Assembly (NCBI GenBank): GCA_040954595.2
Contig: CM082585.2
Span: forward strand, 634,814 to 698,813
Direction: 5' to 3'
DNA: 64,000 nt
Origin: Balanoglossus misakiensis
Taxonomy: Eukaryota; Animalia; Hemichordata
This document shows positions 30,592 to 43,639 of the stretch, piece after piece (position 1 is the first letter of the stretch; every line of letters begins with the position of its first letter). The translations under genes and the position numbers were made by a program. The notes under the pieces were generated by a model, which worked only from the letters and a program-made list of their open reading frames with translations, was not told where the DNA came from and did no database searches.

Positions 30592-33500
30592 CCCTTTGAA
30601 CCCCAGTGCCCTGAGAGCTTGAGAAACATTTTTGAGGTACCTTTTGGAATTACAGCTGGCTTCTAAAATTATCAAGGATAACCCCGTATAACCATATATT
30701 TTTGGAATCGCCATAGAACTATTGTCCCAAAAATATGCAAATTAAGATCATGTGACCTCATTATATATTCAAAATGGCCGCCAGAATGTCAAAATCTTGA
30801 TATTTTTCATATATTTCTATATTTTCCTAGTAGATCTTCAAAAAATCATGATTTTCCTCACCAAACCTTTGTTTTATAACAAATCATAATAAACTGACAT
30901 GAAATTGCTCATAATATTTGAAGATACACAGGTATTTCACTCAGTCTGGCTCATCAAGTATACATCAAACAAAAGGCCTTGGATAAGGTTTAGGGACGTC
31001 ATCACATCATCTGGCATAACATTTAGTACTTGAATGTATCAAAGATTACTCCCAATAACCATATATTTTTGGAATCACCATAAAACTGTTGTCCAAAAAA
31101 AATGCAAATTAAGATCATGTGACCTCATTATTTATTGAAAATGGCCACCAGAATGTAAAAAACTGGATATTTTTTCATATATTTCTATATTTTCCTAGTA
31201 GATCTTCAAAAAATCATGATTTTCCATCACCAAACCTTTGTTTTATAACACATCACAATGAACTGACATAAAATTGCTCATAATATTTGAAGATACAGAG
31301 GTATTTTCCCCCATTCTGTGTATGTTTACAAGCCAGTCATATCGCAGTATATACAGTTACTTGGCAATCATTGCAGAACTGAACATAAAACTGATCACAG
31401 TTTGCAAAGTCTATGACTTAACATGCACGAACACAAGAAAACACAATTTTATTGAAATAAAACCAATATTTATTTTATTCCTTCCTGCTATAACAAAATT
31501 TAAAAAATAAACAAAGGAAGTGCAAAAAATAACAGGCCAAAAACCATCAATATATTGTGCGTGAAAACATGTTTTGGAAACCTGGGTGTGTGGGGTGGTT
31601 GGGCAGGGGGGGGGGGGGGGCAAATACATGTGCAAAATGGGGCTGTGATGATTCCTTTATGTCACTGTCGCTGTCTGTTGTCACTGTCCGAGATATCCAT
31701 GTCATCCATACGTCGTCCTTTCCCATCTACCAACAGTTACTCTGAAGAAAATAAAACAGAACGACTGCAGTATTCAAAGTGCATCATAACATGATTTTTT
31801 TCTATCAGCAGGTTGCTATGAAGAAAACAAAACGGCATTGTCTACACTATTTTGAATCTAATCTCCTATATTTTATTCTTGGAAAAAATTAACCCTAAAT
31901 AAACACTGAAATGGACCCATTATCTCATCTGACACTGACAACTCTTATACACTGCAAATATAGACCGTTGCAGTTACACAATATACAAACCATAGATGTT
32001 GACATGGTATTATACACTTCACTGGTCACAAGATGATTTACTCGGTGTTGTTGAAAATGTGAGCAATCTGATGTATCATTATGCATACTAAAAGGGGCGT
32101 TGACAGAACTAAGCCACAACATAGTATCAACCTGTAACGACAATACTGACTCATGAACAGCAGTTGTCCACTTGGTCTGGAGACCATTGATGACATTACT
32201 TGCTGCTCAACGCCAGAACTCCACAAGGTCATGAAACCTGTCAAAGCAGGTCCTGCCATCGGCCCTATCTGTACTCTGTATGCATAAGAATACATCACAT
32301 TGTACACATTTGAAGACAGATCTCGGGTATGACCTGTTCCGTACTTTTGCGATGTCTTCGGGACGGGCAGAGTGTCTGATGGTCTCAGTACAAACAACAC
32401 ACTGTCGTCCACCAGTGGTAACACGCGCTGGTCTATGGCGTCCTTCCAAACGTTGTTCTTGGGTGATGCGGTTGTAGGGTGTGTGTAGTGAACGGTGGGC
32501 TCGCCATTGGTCTGTCAGCTGGTTGATAAGTTGAATGCGAAAACTCAACATGCTCCGCCTCCGGTGATGTTCCTGGACATGTGGTGTTAGGCAGCCCTCG
32601 ATGATGTAAGCATTCAGGATGGCCACCTCTATGCAGTAAAACAGGACACGTCGGTACCAGCGAACTGATTTCCGAGCATACCCATAGTACTGGATCATCT
32701 AATCGCACAAATCTACACCTCCCATGTATCGGTTGTAATCCGGAAGCAGTGGTGGACAAGGAACCTGCCTGGATCCCCCAGCCTGGCGTCTATCCACAGT
32801 CACTGGCACACCATGGTCCTCTGGAGAATGAATGGTAGATAGAAAATACACTGGCTTCCTATCCATCCAGCTAGTGGCTAGAACAGGGCCAGCCATCCTC
32901 CATCGCATGGTGCCCCTCTCAACGTTGGTGAGCCTGATGTCTTCTGGCAGTGCGGAACTAAATCGGACTGTTGCCCTGTTGGTAGAGATCGTTAGCTAAC
33001 CTAACACTTGTATAAAAGTTGTCAGTATACAGATGATGCCCTAAATTTTGTAACCCCTGCAAGAGATCAAAAACTACTCGCCTTGCTTGCCAAACTTCCG
33101 GTCTCTGGCCCTCTTTCCCTGAAACAGGAATAAACACACAAAATAAACATTACTTTGAAAATTTTGTAATTTTTGCAAGTGTAAAAATTTTAAAATCATA
33201 ACAGTTATTTACACTCAATCATGGAAATCATCATGAGTATCAGCATTTTTATTTGAGGTAAACTAAACTAAACTTTACATTTGGATAAAATGTAAACAAT
33301 ATTTACCTTTGTAAAATTACAACTTTTTACTCCACATGATCCACAAGTCACTCGATAATATCGAATCTTTACAATTAGTAAAAATTGTAAAAAAAATCAG
33401 AAGTAAATTACATAATAAATTTATAAAAAAAAACAAATGAAAATTATAAAAAATTATCAGAATAAACACTTACTGTATCTAAGAAATCTAATACTGGCCA

Positions 33501-34889
33501 ACATATGTCACTTGTAGAAAATATGGATCAATGCTTTCCTAACATGATGTATATTAGAAAATATATTATAATAAGAACTAAGGTATCATGCAGACTCAAA
33601 TAAAAAAGTTTGAAAAAAGAATTAGGTTATATCAGAATTATTAGTAACAATAATTGGTCTGTTATCATTTACAATATTTATGAACATGCAAATAAATTGA
33701 AAACACATTAGGGGGATACTGACCTTGATAAATCTGAAGCCTTTTGACATAACCAGTTTCGGCTTCAGATAAAACTCAAGTTTTGATACCAAATCTGTGG
33801 GGCTTGTTTCTTATAAATACTCTAAAGGACAGTCTTCCCTTGAACGGTATGATGGATTCGTCGATGGATATCTCCCAGGAAGAAACAAAAGCGTCAAAAA
33901 AGTTCGCATTTATTCGATCTAAAAATTGTCTAATTTTGAATAGTTTGTCATACCCCGGTTGTCCTCTCGGTTGTTGTAAATCATCATCGGAAACATGTAA
34001 GTAGCGATAGATCTGTTGGAATCTATTTCTAGACATGACCTCAGGGAAATTACAACGAAACAGTCGGTCAGTTTTCTTCCAATACATGTCTATAGTCGGT
34101 AAAATGAGGACTCCCATGGCCAAACATAAACCTAAAAATGCCCTAATCTCTAACTCGTCAACGTCTGTCCAAGCCCCCCTGTCATTTTGCGCTGTCGTTT
34201 CCTAGCCGCGTTGAGGTTAGTCATGTTTACTAAAAGTCGAACTATGTCATCGTCGAGAAATGTCCGAAAATAATCTAATGGTGTACTGTCAGCTGGCATT
34301 TGTCTCGTCGGTCCACGTCGTTGATTATAAATAGGAGCCTGCCTACCGTTTATTATGTTGCCCTGCCATATCATAGGTGGTGGGTTTACTTCGCGGGCAC
34401 GGGGCAGTCTGTTCACTCGTTGCCGAACTGGTGGGGGTGGTGGGATCGCGGGCTCTGGCTCGATTTCTTCTTCATCGTTCGCGCGGTTGGGGTCACCATC
34501 TTGGTCCGTAGCGATGTCAGGCTGGTCTTGTTCTTCATCTTCACTTTCTGAGCTACTATCTACTAGTACTCGGTCAAAATGAGCCCAGAAAGCATCCTCG
34601 TTTTGCAATGGATCAATGCGTAACTGTCGTCGGGTCGCCATTTTTAAATCTCTGTCAACTTTCGCTAAAAATCGCTCCTTGGATATCACTATTTGTATGT
34701 AGTCGCTCGCATAGGAATCGATTTCTAGTCATTTAGAAGGTCGCATTAGGGTCCCCTAGCTTTCTAACTCGCTTTCATATGGCTGGATTTACAATGTCGG
34801 CGGGAAAATGCCTTGACGTCAGCATATTGAAAAAATAGGGGTCAAAAGGTCATCCTGCAGCGGTAAACCGCCGAGCGGAGTTCAAAGGG
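30592..34889 (-). mobile_element. piggyBac DNA transposon, full length but decayed
   Basis: TIRs ccctttgaacccc / ggagttcaaaggg. TTAA at 30588-30591; right flank reads TTTTAA. ~250-bp subterminal direct repeat at about 30688-30940 and 31055-31308. Confidence 0.9.
32207..34641 (-). pseudogene. piggyBac (PGBD4-like) transposase with one spliceosomal intron (33119-33723)
   Basis: MSRNRFQQIYRYLHVSD, SIDESIIPFKGR, TDNFYTS, YNRYMGGVD and a C-terminal Cys-rich domain. Frameshifts near 34175 and 32975; premature stops at 33776 and 32699. Confidence 0.92.
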
Positions 34890-35434
34890 TTTTAACTAGA
34901 CGGCTGAACTCTGAATGTTGATTCAGCAAAAAAATGTGTTTACGGCAAGGTTTCGATCAATACGACACATTTACCATTGAAAACGCCCAAAGTAAGTGGG
35001 GGCGTTTGACCATCAATCAAAACCACGCCCAGGTGCATGTGAACGGCCGAAGCAGTGTAACGTTTCACATTCCGTGCAACGTCCGACACTGTGTGAAAGC
35101 GGTTGATGTCGGGTGGCTTGACCTAATTTTCGTACATTGATATGCATTTGACACCTCACTACCTGTTTTCTCAATATTGCTAAAACTTTGCGTTGAAATA
35201 TCACTGAAATGTTGATGATCCACGCACAAGTCGTCTACCCCGGCATGAAAAGCGTCTTATACAAGAAAACTAATTGCACATGACCACCAAGGTCATACCG
35301 CAAGGTGTGTCTAAATGTCAAGGAAGGACATTGGGTGGGGGGACTTGGGTCAAGAACGACCATGACGGAGGGAAAACCGACAAGTCATTGTGTAACCTGT
35401 TTACTTGCCAATAGTCGAACGTCAAAATTTACTC

Positions 35435-35758
35435 TCAACTTGGTTGCAGATCGAGTCTCCCGAATTTCCAACTTTTATGATTGGGTAAATACCGATATGC
35501 GACTGGTATGCGACGCGTTGACGACGCGAAGATTTTGTTGAAATCAAATGGTTTGTCAAATGTCATCTCACACTGGAGATACCGTGGTAATCTGACATGA
35601 AAGGGTTCGATTGGGTCTGACCGCCGTCGTTCATCCATGCTTAGAAGGCGGCCATCATGGTACAAAGTAAAACCAAGGTCAAACCTTACTGAACACATGT
35701 ATTGCATGGAGAAACTTTTCTCCCTGTCTGTGTACTGAACACGTACCGTGATTGCCAT
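35435..35758 (-). CDS. Intronless orphan ORF, 107 aa
   Basis: ATG start and protein-like composition; no family recognised. Confidence 0.3.
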   Translation of the reverse strand: MAITVRVQYTDREKSFSMQYMCSVRFDLGFTLYHDGRLLSMDERRRSDPIEPFHVRLPRYLQCEMTFDKPFDFNKIFASSTRRIPVAYRYLPNHKSWKFGRLDLQPS

Positions 35759-36416
35759 AGTTACAAACGTTACCCCGTGAGAGAGATTGCATTTTACATC
35801 TGTCTTTTCAATTTTGTTGCTTTCTTACTATTCGGAATGATGGAGTCGAAACGAAAACTTTTTGCTTCAGTTGGACCTAGGGGAAATACCTTATTTGTGA
35901 CTTTTTTCATGACCCTAAAAAGACGTCGGAATTAATGTGGCTGAGGTCACTCAGGACGACGGAATGGTTGAGCAATTTTCTTTTATGAGCTCCCACTAGT
36001 ATTTGTTTTATTGTTTCGGCAGTGTGTCGCGTTATTCGAGCAATCTGCAGTCTGAAAACGAACGGTTTTCAAAGTTTATAACAGAAGAACAGGGGTTTAA
36101 GCATGAAAGGTCCTGTTGTCTCCCTCGCTGTGTTTGTGTCACTGTGTCTTTGACGTCTGACTGACTGATTAAAGAGTTTATTACACCTATCAAAAAATAT
36201 TTTTCATTGTTTGACTGTAAACTAAAATTGCATTCATGATTTTAATTCTGGTGTCGTTTTTTTTTTTATTCTCGTCGATGAATAAATGTTATCCTAATAA
36301 ATGTTCACTCCTTCAAAAAACTCTCTGTCTGAACGGTCCCGTTACGTGTGACGTCATTGGGGGCTCTCCTTCGCTTTTAGTCTACAATTCATCGCATCGA
36401 GAGGCGTACATGTCGT

Positions 36417-36716
36417 CTACTTGACTTTTATGGCGTCAACGGTAAACACGGTCAGTGACGAGGCATTTTGTTGGGAGAGTATAAGATTCAGACAGTAGCG
36501 ATGGAGAGTTTTGGGCTCTTCGTCGCTGCTTTCAAGGAAATTCCTGTCACAGCCGTATAGATTTGAACCAGCAAGGCGTGAGGTGAGGTCTCTCCTCAAC
36601 CTGTTCGGGCTGGTGGGGAATCCGTCGATGTACCGGGCGAAGAAATGCCTGCAAGCGCGGGTCGAGATTCGCCAGTCTTCTCGAGTGGGAAATATAGATT
36701 GGTGAATAAGCATCAT
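36417..36716 (-). CDS. Intronless orphan ORF, 99 aa
   Basis: AAAATG start context, upstream TATATA (about 36836-36841) and downstream minus-strand AATAAA (about 36265 and 36177); no family recognised. Confidence 0.35.
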   Translation of the reverse strand: MMLIHQSIFPTREDWRISTRACRHFFARYIDGFPTSPNRLRRDLTSRLAGSNLYGCDRNFLESSDEEPKTLHRYCLNLILSQQNASSLTVFTVDAIKVK

Positions 36717-38818
36717 TTTCTGTTTGTTTGTTTTTTTTTACAATAAATATTCAGGGAGTGGTTCAGTGAAACTCAAATATTCTCGTAGCCGATCTGCCTC
36801 CCCGATACGGAGGTCTGCGCTCGTCTGATCACCGATATATACACTAAGAACCCGGTGCGCAGCACTACGCCATGCCGACACGGTCCGTACTAAAACATCA
36901 TTGCTGACATCTCAGTTGTGAAAAAAACGTAATGGGACGACAAATTTCATACATAAATATCACAGATAAACTCCCTGTTCACAAGCGACCGGTTACCCAA
37001 AACTGGCATAACACCGGTACAGTTCCATTCATCATTACCTTTACGGTGATGTAGTGACCTTTGGGCCGTTTTGTACGAAGCGCTCCCATTTTTCTCTCAG
37101 TCCTTTGCTTTTCGGAAATCTATGTACACTATGTACACTACGGATAGTGTTTTTACAGCCCCCGACGACGCATCGTTTGATAATAATGATGGAAACGCGG
37201 GACTCTCGCTTTGGGCTAAGCTGTGCAACGATATCACTGTTTACATACTGGCAATGACTTCCCCCAATGACGTCATGTCACGTGGTCTATACGCGGCAAA
37301 TACGAATTGAGATTTTTTCTGAGGGACATGAATTTCGACGATTTTATTAATGAATCATTAATTATAGAAAACCACAGCCAAAATATAATGTCTTGATTTG
37401 GATAAAATGGTTATTTTACTAAATGAATCTTTTACACTCAAATGAAATAAAAATAGGTGTAATAATTCCTTTAACTGGCTGACTGACTTACTGACTGTCT
37501 GTCAACGTCGGTCTGTCTGACTGTCTGCCCCCTCTCTCTGAGAGAGAGAGTGAGCGAGCGAGCGAGCGACCGATGAGTGTCTCTACTGATGACTGTTGCT
37601 CTGTCTGTCTGCCACTCTGCCTGTTTCACTCTGTCTCTCCTAATTTCTTTAAAATTAGGGATATGCTATTAATGCGATATGAAAGTCAGACACGACGGAA
37701 ACCTTTTATTCTCAAAACTGTCTGTTGTTTGCTGTTAAATATTGCAAAAGGTTAAGGGCCCTTTTCGCACGAGACACATGGCTTTGCAGCCGTAGCTCCC
37801 AGTGTCATAACGATTACCCGAACTACCCTAATTTTAGCCCGCCGACCCAAAACAGTTTAGATCTTCGTAAACCGGAAGTAAAAATAACGATGTCAAATAT
37901 ACAACAATTCATGACAATTGCGAGAATCACGCAAGAACTATGATGTCATTCTTCTACACTACGACGGCCAAAGATATAAAAAATGTTCCTTTCTACCTAC
38001 ACTATTTTTGAAAACCATGTAATCGGAATAGCACATATTAGTTTTTTTTGGCCTGAGACATATCCAATTTCCCAACTGAACATGACACGTGATCAAACAT
38101 TTTCGACTTATCAGATGCAATCGCTGAACACCTCACACTGAGCGAGGTTTTGTCTGTCTTTATACGCGCCCTTTGTATTTGTGCGTGACATGTCCAAGCC
38201 TTGTTAGGATCTCCCGTAAAATTCTACTCAAATGATGTATACTTTCATACTTACGACTGACAGGTATTTTCAGCGTTGCCAGCTGATTGTTTGTCAGGTA
38301 CCGCTTTATAACAAGACGCCCCTCTGAGTTGATAACCTGCAATGTAACATCATTCAATTGGTCTAGTCATGTTAGCATTAGTAAAATGCTTCAAAAGTGT
38401 TAAAGGGACATGATACAAGACACCGTTTATGTTAGTGAATGAACGTTCAACCACACACAACTTCCATCCCGCTTGTATGATACGAGAGTAAAAACTCGCC
38501 CGAAATGAATAAATGGTAGAGACCGTTTATTCATTTTGGCGACTTTTTAAAACTCTCGTGTCTATACAAGCGGAGTGGAAGGTGTGTATGGTTGAACGTT
38601 GATTCACTATATCCACATGTAGAATAATATAAACGCAGTCTTGTATCAAACATAATTAATGGAAAAAGGGCAGCGAGAGAGAGACTTTGTCCCTTTAATG
38701 AATACAGCCACAATGTTCTGTTTATATCTACTGACGGACCAGGCATGGATTGTCACGTATAATTCTTTGAAACGTTTGGTGCTCTGAAGAAATCTGAGCA
38801 CTCATCTACTCAGTTTGC

Positions 38819-40489
38819 TTATTTTGTCTTCCTCCACCAGTCAGTGATATCGTCCGATTTGATACTCCACTCTAAGCCTCTTTCTGAATGGCTCTTTAAG
38901 TTGTGATCTGTAAGTCTTAAACCTTTCATCACCCCCCCCCCCCCCGTTTAGTCCAACATTACCATAGAAAACAATTGGTTTGGACTGAACCATGTTGGTG
39001 AAAGGGCTAGGGTCAATTCAACTTACCTTCTGGACATTCATATTTCACAAAGGGTGTTCCAAACAGTGCTCCAAGATCCAATTGCTGTGACAAAAAAACA
39101 ATAAATTAGCTGCCAGTACACTCAATGATGTACGCGCAGAACGTCAACTGGTAAACTGTGCGCCTGTGTCTCTTCCCATAGGAGTACATGGAGAATAGTT
39201 AGAAAACTCACTTCTACTATTGTCATTTTCATGAAATTTTACACATAGCTCCGACAAATCAAAATAAATTCACCACGCTCTATTTTGAGATAAACTTTGT
39301 TCAATATTGTATCCATAGACAAACCATTGGTAGAAAATGCTGACCGTTAGCAGTTTTCTTCAATTGTCGACTAAATTCACGGCCTTGTTTAAAGTCGAAA
39401 ACAAGTGCAGTGACCCAAAATGGATTTTCATTATACATACAAATCAGAAACGAAAATCCACAATTAAAAGAAATGACAATGCTTTCAATTTTACTGATCG
39501 TACATCCTTAACTCGCTGCCCTTTTCCATGTTTGATACAAAACACCGTTTATGTTAATGTAAATGTGGATATATAGTGATGCAACGTTCAACCGCACCAC
39601 CTTCCATCCCGCATGTAGACACGAGAGCGAAAACTCGCCAAACTGAAAAATCGGTCTCTACCATTTATTCATTTTGGGCGAGTTTTTACTCTCACATCAT
39701 ACAAGCAGGATGGAAGTAGTGTGTGGTTGAACGTTCATTCACTACATATACACATGCCCATTAATATAAACGGTGTCTTGTATCAAACATAATTAATGGA
39801 AAAGGGCGACGAGAGAGAGAGTGTGTCCCTTTAAGGCGACATGATGCATGAAGTGGCGAGAGATAAACGCGGCTGACCACCGCATTAAACACTGTCAAGC
39901 AAGGCACTTCAAATGCCATTGTTTAAGTGTGTACTAAGTAATAGGTTCATGTACCATGTCCTGGGGGGGGGGTCAAATCACAACAGTTGGACATGTACGA
40001 ATATGAAGAGACGATATCAGTTTTTTCATGTCTTCCTTTAGTAAAAAATCTTTTTTGAACTTTGTATAGAATTCATTGAACTTTACTTTAGCTTATGAAC
40101 TCTCATTTGCACATCGTCATCTTGAAATTGTGTCGACTTTATCATAAGGTTTTTATCACTCAACTGGGTCGCAAAACCTATTTAAGTTAGTGAGAATACG
40201 ACGTTCACCTTTTGAGTTGATGGCTACAGCCGTTAATCCTGACTCATACACATGTTGCAGCCAGTATACTCTGCAGACATTGGACACAACATTTTTACGA
40301 ACCATTAAATTCTATTGGACCATCAAGTTTATTGACCCATGACGTTCATATAGATTTTATGACACGACTGACGCTATAATCGGTCCTTACCTTCGGCGAG
40401 CCAAGTGTTTTATAACATCATAAGATATTAATACCTATCACCCAGTCAATCGATTTCAAGGTTATAACATTTCCACGCCAATAGGACGC
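38819..40489 (-). pseudogene. Three phase-compatible 3' exons of an unidentified minus-strand gene
   Basis: Exons 40489-40391 (phase 0-0, one internal TGA), 39084-39027 and 38907-38819, with AG acceptors and GTAAG donors. They read ..CYKTLGSPK|QLDLGALFGTPFVKYECPE|DHNLKSHSERGLEWSIKSDDITDWWRKTK*. Confidence 0.45.
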
Positions 40490-40629
40490 CTTTAGGTGGA
40501 AATGCAACCAGGTATCCTGAATAGGAAAATATTCCGGGTATCTGTCAAGTTGAGTCCCATATTTAGGGGACCAAGCGTCCTCAGGCGCTTGGTCCCCTTC
40601 TGTTATTGCTGGAGTTTGTCTTCCTTTAA

Positions 40630-43332
40630 GCAATGTAATTTTCGAGTTGATTGGAAAAAATTGTCACAGCAGAATATATCCGCCTACACCCGTTGTACCA
40701 AAGCCAAGGTTGATAAGATTAATTTATCTGAAGAGTTATTCTGCACTAATGTGAACTGTACAGACCCTTCGCATTTACAGGCATTTGATACTTGTTATAG
40801 TAGTATTGTGGACGCATTGAATTGTGCTGCAAAAGGTACCATTTGGCGTAAGTTTCACCAGAAAGTTCATGTTGTGCCTGGCTGGAACGATTTTGTAAAA
40901 GAAAGTCACGACTATGTCCGTTCTATGTTTTTATTATGGGTTAATGGGGGGTAAACCTAAACAAGGCCCGCTTTTTGAAACCATGAAATCTTCCAGAGCT
41001 CGTTTTAAGTATGCTTTACGTGCTTGTAAAAAGATGGAGAATCAAAATAGGGCTGACAAGATGGCTGACAATTTACGCTGCCACAAACAGAACGACTTCT
41101 GGAAGGAAGTCAGAAAGCAAACTAGCAGAAAAATGCCACTTTCTGACACTGTAGGTGGAGCGACTGGTGAGAGTGAAATTGCAATTATGTGGCACAAGCA
41201 TTTCAGTGATATTTTGAATTCTGTCCAGGCTCAGACTGGTAAAAATGACATCGAGGAGAAAATGAAGTATGTTAAATTTTATTCTGATATGTATGTTTCT
41301 GAAGAAGAAGTAATTTCTGCTATACATAAGTTACCTGACGATAAGACAGCTGGCATTGACAATATTTCAGCTGAGCACCTCAAATTCTCAGACTCCTCTA
41401 TTTTACCCATTTTGACTTTTTGTATTAATGCTATGATTGTTCATGGTTACCTGCCAACTGAGGCAATCAAAGTTATTTTAGTTCCAATTAAGGATAAAAC
41501 TAAGCTTTGTAGTGATGCCAGTAACTACCGGCCGATAGCACTAGCAACTGTTTTCTCTAAAGTTTTTGAGCCTATTTTACTTTCTCGTTGTGAGGAGTTT
41601 CTTACCTCTCATTATTTACAATTTGGTTTCAAGCGAGAACATTCAACTGACCTGTGTTTATTTGCATTTAAAGAAATCATTAGCTACTACACCAGCAATG
41701 GAAGACCAGTGTTTACTTGTTTTCTGGATGCTTCAAAAGCTTTTGACAGAGTTAATCACTTTAAACTGGTTAACAAGCACATCGACAGGAATGTTCCCTT
41801 GTATGCTGTACGAATTTTATATTAATGGTACAGAAATCAATTGTTTACTGTATTACGGCTGGTTTCTCATGATTGTTCATGCATCGGGGAATCTGTAGCG
41901 ATGAGGTATCGGGCTCTGACGAGAACAGTGATCCACGGAGACACGTATCTGATTCACGTTCATTTATTGTGCAGAACTACTCCAGTACATCAAATACGCC
42001 CAGTAAAGTACATGAGGAAGGGAACGAGCTCAGTAGCCTGAGGTACTCTCATCTCCCGTTAGATTATTTCTCCTCAACTTTGGAAACAAAGTTCTCTTAT
42101 AATTACTTTTCTCAAGGCGTGGTTAATAATGTAAAATATATGTGTTACAATTTCATTGGGCATCAGTCAACTCTATACGAACCAATTTACATAAGGTGTT
42201 ATATAACAAAGTCAGTTCGGTGATGATTGACAATCAGAGCAGTCAGTTAAACACCCGCTCTCCCTATCTACTTCAAATACATAAAATCAAATACTATCAA
42301 ACATTGACATTTCCGAGCTCTGGATTAATTAACCCTTGAAATCGTATTTGACCTTTATACAGATCGTAACAACTGTGTTGTGGGGTAATGAAACCTCAGA
42401 GTTGTTTTCTGTTTCTAACGGTGTAAGACAAGGGGGAGTACTCTCTCCCTATCTTTTTAATGTCTACATTGATGATCTTATCAATGCACTCTGTAAAGCC
42501 AAAGTTGGCTGTATCATGTGTGGTGTCAGCGCTAACATTTTAGGTTACGCTGACGACATGACTCTACTCAGTCCAAGTATTAAGGGTCTACGCCGTCTTC
42601 TTAGAATTTGTGAAATTTATGGCAAGGATTATGATATCATTTATAATTCTAGTAAATCTGTGTGCATGCTTTTTAATGGGAAGAATATGAGCGTTCAAAG
42701 AATTCCTTCGGTTAAACTTAATGACATCACTTTAAAGTTTGTACCTGTACACACCTATCTGGGCCATGTTATATCTTGTGATGGTTGTGATAATGAAGAT
42801 ATTGAACGACAGAGAAGAGCATTTTGTGTTAGAGCAAACATGCTATTGAGACATTTTCAACATTTTAGTCAAGATGTGAAGAAAGTTTTATTTTTGGCAT
42901 ATTGTAGTAATATTTACTGTTGCAGTTTGTGGGCATCCTTTAAAGTTAAACCGATGAAAAAAATTAAAACTATGTACAATAATGGTTGGAGAAGACTTCT
43001 CGGTCTTCCGCCATTTTGCAGTGCATCGGGTATGTTTGCTACAAACCATGTACATGTATTGTCACTTGGTGAAGTTTTTAGACGCAATATGTACAGTTTT
43101 AAGCGTAGACTCGAAAATTCTTCTAATGTTTTACTTGATGCGATCTGTTCATCAGATGGAGCGACTGACAGCATATTTTTTCAAACATTGGCGAAAGCAA
43201 TTGTATATCATGTAATTTTGCAGAGTTTTTTTGTGTGTGTCTCAGTTTCAGATTTTCATTAGTGTTTTTTTTTCTTCTCTCTTTTGGGTATATGGACTTT
43301 TTTTTAAGTCTGAAATAAAGAATTATTATTAT
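40630..43332 (+). mobile_element. 5'-truncated non-LTR retrotransposon ORF2 (RTE-X-like, clade tentative), interrupted by a solo LTR
   Basis: VPGWNDFVK..KPKQGPLF, NYRPIAL, QFGFK, FLDASKAFDRVNH, GVRQGGVLSPYLF, YADD. 3' end AATAAA plus (ATT)n tail. Frameshift near 40950 and stop at 41823. Confidence 0.9.
41849..42371 (-). mobile_element. Solo LTR of the Gypsy family at 51019-57678
   Basis: Reverse complement of the 522-bp LTR with TG...CA ends; flanked by AC/AC. Confidence 0.95.
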
Positions 43333-43639
43333 TTGTTAGCTGTTGCCATTCAAATGTGTCTACGCAAACCCGGCTACACTGGCAGTGGACTTTGACCCTA
43401 AGTCGCTAATGTTGTGGGAGGTTTCATTACCATTGTAGTCACATGTAGTGGATAGTAGTTTGGGAAATTGGCTGAAATACGTCAGCAGACCAGTGATTTT
43501 CTTGCACGAAGGGAGTATGGTACCAGCAATAATCAGAGATCAGGCTTCGTTGCCGTTCAAAAGTTCCTACTTCAGTCGTGATGTTGCAACTGGACGTTCA
43601 GTATGGGGGTCGGCCCGCAGGTGGCCGTGTGGGTTATCA

